From the NCBI GenBank assembly GCA_041746575.1, contig JBGTGT010000126.1, positions 1 through 53,994 of the forward strand: 53,994 nucleotides of DNA, in the 5' to 3' direction. The notes under the pieces are model-generated. The model ran no database searches, was not told the DNA's origin, and worked only from the letters and a program-made list of their open reading frames with translations. Each line of letters starts with the position of its first letter. The first letter of the stretch is position 1. Source of the stretch: Microcystaceae cyanobacterium. Lineage in GTDB: Bacteria; Cyanobacteriota; Cyanobacteriia; Cyanobacteriales; Microcystaceae. Positions 1 through 7,933 of this stretch are shown here, piece after piece. The position numbers were made by a program, and so were the translations under genes.

Positions 1-139
1 GAAAAATTCTGTTTTCCTTGGGTTTCTACAGATTTTTGGAAGCCTTTAGCCATCAATGTATATCAATCAACTATTTAGGAAATTAGTCAAAGTTTTATCA
101 TACCATATTTTTGGGCTAAGTTAAGATGCGTTTACCCTG
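1..139 (-). mobile_element. Probable left end of an ISAs1-family IS: terminal IR at ~122-139, with the transposase start (ATG at 53-51) running off the window edge
   Basis: The minus strand begins CAGGGTAAACGCATCTTA, resembling the CAGGG terminus of ISAs1 elements. A minus-strand frame MAKGFQKSVETQGKQNF... is open to base 1. Confidence 0.5.
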
Positions 140-250
140 TATGCAGGATAGATTAATTATTATGAATAAACTAACCATTATTAACCCTTTTAAAAGATAG
201 CTTTACACCTTTTATTTTACAGAAGATGACGGGTTTTTGCCATAAATTAA

Positions 251-281
251 GGTGCATTACACGCTCGTTAATGCACCCTAC
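251..281 (-). repeat. REP-like hairpin of the GTAG type
   Basis: Minus strand reads GTAG-GGTGCATTA-acgagcgtg-TAATGCACC: a perfect 9-bp stem preceded by GTAG. Confidence 0.6.
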
Positions 282-384
282 AATATCTGCGATCTCTATA
301 TTGCCCCAAAATAGAACTTCATCCGGCAAAAGCTACGGGGAGCGGCAAGGAGACTTGGGGGACTGCCCTCATCGGGATGTAGGC

Positions 385-470
385 ATCTAACGGTGAAGTG
401 CAGCGGCGGCAAACAATCTTAGACTTTTGTCAGAAAGCCTTTGCCCGTCCGCTGCCACGTAGTGTTGGGC
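385..470 (-). other. Integron attC site, complete (86 bp)
   Basis: Minus strand: R'' GCCCAAC, 5-nt spacer, L'' GTGGCAGC (one extra base versus L'), GG-A-CGG with an unpaired A, central loop, CCGCC, L' GCTGCAC, 6-nt spacer, R' GTTAGAT. It lies 18 bp after a cassette gene stop. Confidence 0.9.
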
Positions 471-488
471 TGCTGAACAAGCTGCTCC

Positions 489-908
489 TTACTTTGGTCT
501 AGGGCGTAATTCAAAGGAAAGATCAGCCCGGTAGAAGCAGACATCAAATTCTGTAAAGAAATTCATATGTCCCAAAATCAAAGGGACTTCTCTTGATTGG
601 GTCCAAGCGAATGCCAGCAATACTGGAGAAAATTCAGCGACAGTTGCCGATAACACCAACCCTCTCGCTTCCATACTAGCTAAGTTGCCACTCAACTGAA
701 TAGACATTGTCTGCTCTTCCCAGACAGCGCCTAACTCTAAGCCGATTTCATAAGGAAGTACATTGACACTTGCCCCAGTATCGAGCAAAGCCATGCTCTC
801 CACGGAAAGCTCCCTGTAAACCAGCGTTATTGGTAGGTACGGCATTGAGCTAGACAAGCCTTTGCTATTAGTCCGCTCAACAAAGGGGAACCGTTGACCG
901 TTAAGCAT
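489..908 (-). CDS. Retropepsin-like (clan AA) aspartic protease family protein
   Basis: LLDTGAS catalytic motif and C-terminal ILG motif. The start overlaps the upstream ORF stop (ATGCTTAA). Confidence 0.8.
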   Translation of the reverse strand: MLNGQRFPFVERTNSKGLSSSMPYLPITLVYRELSVESMALLDTGASVNVLPYEIGLELGAVWEEQTMSIQLSGNLASMEARGLVLSATVAEFSPVLLAFAWTQSREVPLILGHMNFFTEFDVCFYRADLSFELRPRPK

Positions 909-1161
909 TGCCCTTTTGCCATTCTGCTACAAGAAGGTCTGAAAGTCCTTGAGCGGCTCCGTAGGCATCATGAGGCGACCAAACAACCGCTTCAGTAGAC
1001 TCTAACTGTTTCAGCAGCGATTCCTCTTGAGATGAAAGAGCTTTAGCTTGTAACTCGCATCCTTCTTCTTTCGCAACTGCCAACAAAAGAAAATGAATGA
1101 GGCGCAATTTATCCTGATGAGAGAGTTGACTAACAACAGGGAATAATTCTGGCAATGCCAT
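901..1161 (-). CDS. Small hypothetical protein coupled to the protease (possible antitoxin-like partner)
   Basis: 86-aa ORF with an N-terminal LS..DKL.LI.FL helix and an 8-nt overlap with the protease gene. Confidence 0.65.
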   Translation of the reverse strand: MALPELFPVVSQLSHQDKLRLIHFLLLAVAKEEGCELQAKALSSQEESLLKQLESTEAVVWSPHDAYGAAQGLSDLLVAEWQKGNA

Positions 1162-1278
1162 AGACTTTCAGTAAAACATCTACGTTACTATAGTAGCTTA
1201 GTTAGCCAAAGGCGAAAGACATCAAATCATCTTCATCTTAAATCATCGCTCAAGATCGACTACTCAAAATGGCAGATA

Positions 1279-3984
1279 TTATTTTTTCTTCCGTTTTTTC
1301 TTTTCAGGCTTAAACTTATCCAAATCAGTCTCTCCTGAGAATAAAAACTTAAAAAATGACTTATTTTGGTAACGACAGGTTTGACGTATACCCAGCAAAA
1401 CTAAATAATTGCTTGTTGGTTCTTCATGGAATGAAGCCTTGGAAATATCTCGCTGTATAGCAACATGTCTAATAGCATTCTCAGCGGTGTTATTATGCCA
1501 TGGCACACCATCTTGATAAAGAAAGGTAAATAGACTATTTCTATATTTCTTGAATTGTTGTTGATACCTCAGCACAAGCTCGGACTTATATTGCCTTCCT
1601 TCAATGTAATTCTCATAAAAATTGTCAACCTTTTGTTGGAATTTTTGAAGGTGATATTTCTTTAGTCCATACTTTTGAACAGCTTCCATGATAGGTATTA
1701 TTAAGCTTCTTACTTCTGAGATGAAGACTTCATATTCCATGTCAAATGGATTCTCTCTAAGATCTTTATTGAGATGTCGAATTAGATGAACCCAACATTT
1801 TTGGTGATTACAAGGAACGGAGTCATATCCAGTGTAAAAGTCAGAAATCAAGATTCCTTTATATCCTTCCAAGACCTCATTTACGATATTGGTTTCCCGT
1901 GTTTCTGTCAATTTGAAGACTACATATTTGCCATCAGTAAATACCCAAACATACCAGTTAACTCCTTTTATCGTGAAGTTGGTTTCGTCAACATGGATAA
2001 AAGAACTCTCTAACATTTTTTGGATGTTAGATCGCTCGGTTTTTGAATAATACTGAGCAAGTTTCCTCATGAAATATGAGATTCTGGTTGAAGAAATTTC
2101 CTCGTTGAATTGTTCTTTTGCAAATTCAAGAATACTTTCACGTGGCAAACGTAAAGCAACCCTTTGATAAATGATCCATGATTTAAAGCCATGCCCATAA
2201 AACTGGTGCCGTTCAAACTCTAATAGTTTAGGAGGGGGATAACTTCTCTGGCAATTTGCGCAATACCCATGAGAACCAATATATTTAGTTACAATCTTCT
2301 TGACTCCACTTTTTGTAAGGACCAAATCTCAAATAGTCCTACTGGTTTTAGTATTTACAACCTTAAGAGGACTATGACCACATCGAATACAGCTTTCTGG
2401 CTGCGATACTTCCAAGATTTTGTCAGGCCTTAATTTCGTTTTTGATGGTATTGAGCCTCCACGATTATTTTTGGTGATGACTTGACCTTGTCTGAAACTA
2501 ATCTTTCTTTTCTCATACTTGGCACTTGCAAATCTGAGAATCATCTCAAACTGGCTACTTACCCTTCCTCCTATCTCTGAAAAATTTTCTTTAGGAGTTT
2601 GAGCAAAATCAACAGCAGACAACGCATCAGCAGATTGTTGAATCTTTCTCAACTCATCTGCTAAAAGCTTTAAAGCATAACAGTCTTCTTTGTTATAGGT
2701 TATTAACTTTGATTTGTATTGAACCTCCTGGCTTTCATTCCAACGATGTCTCCACACAAGGCTCTGTATCCCGGAGGCATTAGGTGATGTCCAGGTTGCT
2801 CCCAAAAAACTTGCAACCTCTTTCAATTTATTGGAATAAACTGGGAAGTAAACCCTACCATAAATTTGCTTATTAACGTTGTCTAATCGAGCCAGAAGCA
2901 CTTCTTGTTCAGTTTTAAATCTTTTATCTAATACTTTTATTGCACGCACTTCATAACTACCATAATGATAAATAGGTGCATCTGGATACTGATTGACAAT
3001 AGCTAAAAACTCTTGCCAGATTTTTTCCTCGTCTGTAACATTATCAGCCCAGAGCGAATGATATTCTGTTACATCTCTTTGGCAAACTAGTACGCCAATC
3101 AAATAATATAGATTTTGATCAGGCAAACCCTCGATGTCTAAGTAAATTTCTATTTCTTGTCTTGGCAAGTCAGGCATCTCTTGTAAATAAATTTTTCTGG
3201 TGCGAATAGCAAGAGCCTGTAATCTAACATCGTGAGTTACTGCTGGAGATTTCTTAGCTCGTCTCTTACGCTTTCGCGGTTTGAATAAATAGGAAAGCTG
3301 CTTAACAGTAAAAATACCTTTTTTCTCATATTGGCGAAGAACTTTTGGAGTGACTTTATCTAAGAGACTTAAGTTGTCTTCTCGAATTGCGATTTCCTTA
3401 CACTTTTCTCGAAACTGACAGATAGGGCAATGTTTATTTAAGATGACAGGTACTTCCTCTATAGAAGGCTCACTTATCCACTCTTCTAATGGAGCCAATA
3501 GAGGTGTAATAAGTTTATTACTTTCTTCTAACTTGAGCCGTCGCGATTCACCTTTGACATTGACTATATGTCCCATTTTGGGAGATTTCCCCTGGATTTT
3601 TGCTAACACATAGCCAATAAACACCAATTTAAGTTTATCGATATCATTAATTTTGTAAGTTCCTATAAAAATAGTTGGTTCATAATTTAGATTGTCAATT
3701 CTTTTTAATATTGAGCAATAAGCCTGAAATTTTTCGGCTGATAGATTAGCATCAATTAGAAATTCATAATCTTTTTTAAGATTTTCAGTGCTATAGGGAT
3801 GAATATCACTGCATCTCTGTTCAATGATTTTCAAATTCTCGGTTTGATTTTCAAGCTGATGCTTTTCTAGGATTTTTTCATATTCATGTAGCTCTCCTCT
3901 ATCTTTACCGTGCATCAGTAAATATGCCTTGCGTGGGCATAAAGAGTATGCTTGCAAAATTTCAGAGGTTATAACTACATTCAT
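1279..3984 (-). pseudogene. TM0106-family (Cas4-like + HhH + RNase H-like) protein fused to a zinc finger and IS66 DDE transposase domain, with one in-frame TGA at 2329-2331
   Basis: ORFs 2329..3984 and 1279..2325 are in the same frame (...SRTI*DLVLTK...). Motifs: LCPRK; HCPICQFREKC; YLDIEG, HYGSYE, YNKEDC; CIRC...CANC; HVDET, ISDFY, CWVHLIR, NNTAENAIR. Confidence 0.8.
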
Positions 3985-4047
3985 GGCGTAAATTGAGTTC
4001 TAGGAAAATTCCCTCACAGAATCATGCAATAAAGTACTGAATTTTCA

Positions 4048-4134
4048 GGATAACGCCCCAAAAATCTTCATACATGCAATCTTTACCGATTGTCTCCCCG
4101 ATAGCTGCACAATGCCTTAATTCAGATGTTAGCT
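4048..4134 (-). other. Degenerate attC-like junction (AGCTAAC ... GTTATCC)
   Basis: The R''-like AGCTAAC follows the ABM gene stop and is complementary over 11 bp to the cassette start at 5523-5533. The span (87 bp) matches the intact attC, but internal palindromy is poor. Confidence 0.4.
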
Positions 4135-4152
4135 GGCTGGCTACACAATCTT

Positions 4153-4773
4153 TCATGATCTCTCAAAAACGCTCACTACTTCGTATACGTGAAACTCGTT
4201 CTCTGCTAGCCCTCGCCAATAATCTCGCACTGGCGCAAACCGTTCTTCGGTTAATAACTTGTTGAAATGCTCTAACGTACTCCAAAATCCATAATTCATC
4301 GTGCGTGTCTCGTCTAATGAACGATGGAAGTTGACACACAGAAGATCGGGATGTTGCAGCGAAATCGCTGGAATCTCTGCCTCTAACGCTACAAGGCGAG
4401 GCTGATTTTCAGGCAATACCCGGAACTCTCCAAGGTGCAATAATCGTCCTGGTTTGATGGTCAAATCTGCGTCGTCCGGTTTGGAAACGGCAACCTCATA
4501 TACATGGGAATCCGATAAATTAAATTCTGAATATCCCTGCTGTGACTCTATAAAATCTGTATATGCTTGCTTTGTTTTCCATTGCAGATAGCACATGACT
4601 CGCTCTCCATCAAGACTACGATTCACGCTGCCTGACGCACATTCAGGCTGAGATTGCACAACGGATTGCACACGATTTGAGAGCTTTTCAATGAGTTCTT
4701 GTTGCTCGTCTGGGGAAGTAGAGAATAAGTCGATCGATGCCAGCAAAGTGTTGTTCTTTTGAATCGCAATCAT
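4153..4773 (-). CDS. Antibiotic biosynthesis monooxygenase (ABM) family protein, two-domain
   Basis: Two repeats of the (H/N)RSLDx.R..(Y/N)Y..W motif. GGAGG RBS upstream. Confidence 0.8.
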   Translation of the reverse strand: MIAIQKNNTLLASIDLFSTSPDEQQELIEKLSNRVQSVVQSQPECASGSVNRSLDGERVMCYLQWKTKQAYTDFIESQQGYSEFNLSDSHVYEVAVSKPDDADLTIKPGRLLHLGEFRVLPENQPRLVALEAEIPAISLQHPDLLCVNFHRSLDETRTMNYGFWSTLEHFNKLLTEERFAPVRDYWRGLAENEFHVYEVVSVFERS

Positions 4774-4807
4774 TCTGTACCTCCGAGTTTGAATAAGCAG
4801 CAGTTTG

Positions 4808-5434
4808 TTAGGCTGTTTTTGCTTCTACATGAACAACATTGTAAAGATGGAATTCATTACGGGCTAAACCTTCCCAATACGGTTTATCTGGATTGAACCC
4901 AGGCTGTTTGAGAATTGCTTCAAATGCCTCTTTACTCTCCCATTGACCATAATTGAACATTCGCGTTCCATCTAAACTGCGATGAAATGTTGCTGAAACT
5001 AATCCTGGTGAATTATTCATTGCTCGGTCAAGTTCAGCCGTTGTTCGCTTCACCATTTCTGGTTGATTAGATGGCATCATCCGAAACTCAGCAAGATGCG
5101 TAATGCGATCGCCCACAGCAACTTCAACCTCTGCCGATGCTGACCGACTAGCAGAAATCTCTAGTTGAAGAGAATCAGGTGGGAAAAATTCACCCAAAAT
5201 AGTTGGACGCGGCAAGCTACGGTGATCAAATTTAGGTTGCCACTGGCTGTACGTGAAGACACGAACTCCGTCTAAACTTTGATGCACACTAGCTGACAAA
5301 AAATAAGGATTAGATTGCCAAGATTTAATCTGCTCTTGGACAATTACTTTGACCAAGCCCGACTGATGACGTTCTGCAACCGTATACAAATCTAGTCCGA
5401 CGATCGCGGCATTAGTTCGATCAATCTGTACCAT
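4808..5434 (-). CDS. Antibiotic biosynthesis monooxygenase (ABM) family protein, two-domain paralogue
   Basis: HQSLDGVRVFTYSQW and HRSLDGTRMFNYGQW repeats. GAGGAG RBS upstream. Confidence 0.8.
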   Translation of the reverse strand: MVQIDRTNAAIVGLDLYTVAERHQSGLVKVIVQEQIKSWQSNPYFLSASVHQSLDGVRVFTYSQWQPKFDHRSLPRPTILGEFFPPDSLQLEISASRSASAEVEVAVGDRITHLAEFRMMPSNQPEMVKRTTAELDRAMNNSPGLVSATFHRSLDGTRMFNYGQWESKEAFEAILKQPGFNPDKPYWEGLARNEFHLYNVVHVEAKTA

Positions 5435-5526
5435 AAGTACTCCTCAATGCTTGTCGGCTTCTATGACTTGATGCTAAACGCCAACCGAGGATCTGACAAC
5501 CACCGTCTCAACCCAGAAACGAAGCC

Positions 5527-5560
5527 AGCTAACGGTTCAAATCAGCGGCGGTAGTTATGT
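5527..5560 (-). other. Internally deleted attC (34 bp)
   Basis: Minus strand ACATAAC-TA-CCGCC-GCTGATT-TGAACC-GTTAGCT. The right arm aligns with that of attC 385-470, and R'' overlaps the MTase stop codon. L'' and the loop are missing. Confidence 0.75.
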
Positions 5561-6862
5561 GTTTAGTAAAGTCAGTTGTCTTGGGTGAAATAATTCACTA
5601 GATAATAAAGAATCACTCCCCGGGTCAACCTTTGCGTCAATACTATTTAATAGAGCAATTATACTTCGACCAACTGCGTAAGCTAAATTCACAGGCACAG
5701 CATTACCGATTTGTTTGTATTGACTACTTACTGAACCTGAAAAATGCCATTCATCTGGAAATGTTTGTACCCTGGCATACTCTCTGATTGTTAAGGGTCT
5801 TGTCTCTTCTGGATGACATCTCTCGGTTTGTTTTTGAGCGGGAGAACAGGTGAGAGTTAAGCTCGGCTCATCCCATGAGAGCCGACGTGCCATACCAGTC
5901 TTACCACCACCTAAGAAATAACTACCCTGCATATATTCTCTTTGGAGATCATCGGGCAAATCTCTCCAGTAACCACCCTGAGGAACATAAGATAATATTT
6001 CCCTTTTTCTCTTAGGGTAAGATTGACCTTCTGATTCTGGCACATCAGTATCGTATAGTTCGCCAGATTTCAAAGCATCTTTTAGAACTAATATTCTGTA
6101 ATACGGTGATGGCCATTTGAATTTTGCAAACTTAACCAAATCGTTTCTGATGCCAACAAAAAATAAACGCTCTCTTTTTTGGGGGACGCGATAGAACAAT
6201 GCTTTTAGAACTTTTGGCTCAATAAGCGTATACCCTAGATCCGAGATAATAGATTTTATAGTAGACAGAGTTTTCCCATTGTCATGATTTAATAAACCAC
6301 GCACATTTTCACCCAGAAAAACTTTTGGTCTTATTTCTTTTACTGCTCTGGAAAATTCAAAAAATAGCGTACCTCTGATATCCTCAAATCCCAACTTTTC
6401 GCCCGCATAAGAAAATGCTTGACACGGAAATCCGCCAGAAACAAGATCAATATCAATGAATTTAGTAAAATCTACATTCTTCACATCGCCTTGAATGACA
6501 TTCCATTTAGGACGATTAGCTTGAAGAGTCTTACAAGCATCTTCATCGAGTTCATTTAGAGCAACTGCATTAAATCCAGCTTTTTCTAGCCCTAGAGCAA
6601 GTCCACCCGCACCCGCGAAAAGTTCAACAGATGAAAAAGCTCTTGCAGGCTTAACATCCAATTCTTCATCCCAATTACTTTTCATCATATTCTTCACTTC
6701 TTCAAACTGAATTAGTTGAGAAGCTTTATATTCTTTTTTATTCGTAATAGGATTTTGAAAAGGAATCAGTCTCCCACTTTTTTCCCACTTCAATAGCGTA
6801 GCCTTTGATACGGAAACTATATCTGCCAGCAATTCTGCTGAAATCGAATCTGAGTCAAACAT
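5555..6862 (-). CDS. DNA (cytosine-5)-methyltransferase with N-terminal HTH (Eco47II/Sau96I-like)
   Basis: Motifs LFAGAGG, GGFPCQ, ENVRGL, QKRERLF and YKQIGNAVP, plus an N-terminal VSKATLLKWEKSG HTH. The ATG at 6862 overlaps the endonuclease stop. Confidence 0.92.
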   Translation of the reverse strand: MFDSDSISAELLADIVSVSKATLLKWEKSGRLIPFQNPITNKKEYKASQLIQFEEVKNMMKSNWDEELDVKPARAFSSVELFAGAGGLALGLEKAGFNAVALNELDEDACKTLQANRPKWNVIQGDVKNVDFTKFIDIDLVSGGFPCQAFSYAGEKLGFEDIRGTLFFEFSRAVKEIRPKVFLGENVRGLLNHDNGKTLSTIKSIISDLGYTLIEPKVLKALFYRVPQKRERLFFVGIRNDLVKFAKFKWPSPYYRILVLKDALKSGELYDTDVPESEGQSYPKRKREILSYVPQGGYWRDLPDDLQREYMQGSYFLGGGKTGMARRLSWDEPSLTLTCSPAQKQTERCHPEETRPLTIREYARVQTFPDEWHFSGSVSSQYKQIGNAVPVNLAYAVGRSIIALLNSIDAKVDPGSDSLLSSELFHPRQLTLLNT

Positions 6863-7598
6863 TGAAATCATTAAACCCTTCATATTCTTTAAAAGAGAGC
6901 AGATAAATACTTTTCAATAAATTAGGATCGATATCTCTTAACTCTTTAAATACAGAATTAGACTCTGCTTCAAAATTGCTATCCTCAACAACATCTTGAA
7001 TTATTAAAGGGAGCTTTTCACACAATTTCTTAAACGCAATTTTGCTACCAGTCACCAATTCATAGAACCTATCAATGGAAACACGACGTATTCTTTCGTT
7101 GGAGACAGCTTGACCGTCTAAACTCATTCTCCACATAACATTTTGGCTTCTTCGTGCAATCACTTCTACTAGCAGACATGTTGCATCTGGATTAGATAGT
7201 AAAGTATTTTGCATTCTCATGTAAGTCTTCTGAGCAGATGAAGAATTCATGGTGTTATGCTTGTTTTTCATCTCTACAAAATACATGAGTTTAGTATTGA
7301 CAACGTCATATCCTTGTGACGGTACTTCCCATCCGTGACCTAGGTATCGAAATATGTTTTGATGAAAATATCCAATATGGTTTGTATTAGATTTATCTAT
7401 TTGCCTTAGTACCTCACTTTCGATCACGAATTCAATATCTTTACGATAAACCCTTGTATCAAATGTCAATTTGATTGGATCTACTAAATTTTTGTTGAAT
7501 TCGGCCAAGTCAATGCTAAATCTGTATTTCTTTACAGTTTCTTTGACATGATTATAAATATTGTCATTACTTATAAAGTCAAGATTATAATCTTTCAT
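6855..7598 (-). CDS. Type II restriction endonuclease, Eco47II family (probably GGNCC)
   Basis: DPIKLTFD, RQIDKSNTNHIGYFHQ and GYDV...EMKNKHNTMNS motifs. Coupled to the C5-MTase. Confidence 0.8.
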   Translation of the reverse strand: MKDYNLDFISNDNIYNHVKETVKKYRFSIDLAEFNKNLVDPIKLTFDTRVYRKDIEFVIESEVLRQIDKSNTNHIGYFHQNIFRYLGHGWEVPSQGYDVVNTKLMYFVEMKNKHNTMNSSSAQKTYMRMQNTLLSNPDATCLLVEVIARRSQNVMWRMSLDGQAVSNERIRRVSIDRFYELVTGSKIAFKKLCEKLPLIIQDVVEDSNFEAESNSVFKELRDIDPNLLKSIYLLSFKEYEGFNDFNV

Positions 7599-7739
7599 GC
7601 TCCTCTTTTGAATTCATCTGAGTACTTGGCTCTTCCTTGAGTGATAAGCAAAATTTATTTTTTGAAGATATATTGGTGTCTTTTCCTATATACAGTCTCC
7701 ACCATAGGAGAGACCTCTATTCTTATGCTTGATTTTGAC

Positions 7740-7760
7740 ACATAACTATTTACTATACCG
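7740..7760 (-). other. attI core (GTTATGT at 7746-7740)
   Basis: Lies between the intI 5' end and the first cassette. It is exactly complementary to the R'' ACATAAC that ends the first cassette (5560-5554). Confidence 0.75.
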
Positions 7761-7764
7761 ACAT

Positions 7765-7915
7765 TTTCTGGATAGTCAACCCCCACGGGGCAAAAAAACG
7801 AAACTTTCCGTATAATCCCCCTATAGAGAATATTATCCAGAAACATTCCGCACAATTTCGGATGATAGCCAGAAACTTTCGGGATAACATACCGAATAGT
7901 CGTACTATCCAGAAA
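7765..7915. repeat. TA(T/G)CCAGAAA motif repeated between attI and intI
   Basis: Direct copies at 7834-7843, 7866-7875 and 7906-7915, and an inverted copy at 7765-7774. Confidence 0.7.
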
Positions 7916-7933
7916 GATTCTGAATATCCCCCG

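Noticed and set aside
1..384. Tn7 left end
   Set aside because: No ATAAT-TGT junction and no AATAAAGT-type TnsB sites were found in this stretch.
1171..4086. Possible IS66 terminal inverted repeats (GTAAA at 1171, TTTAC at 4082-4086)
   Set aside because: Only 5 bp match and no target duplication is evident.
7893..7906. LexA box upstream of intI
   Set aside because: Only a GTACT half-site is present, not the cyanobacterial AGTAC-N4-GTACT-type palindrome.
7862..7933. Longer IntI start at 7862
   Set aside because: The extra 24 residues run through the repeat/promoter region. Family similarity begins at [13 protein letters not shown] (7934).
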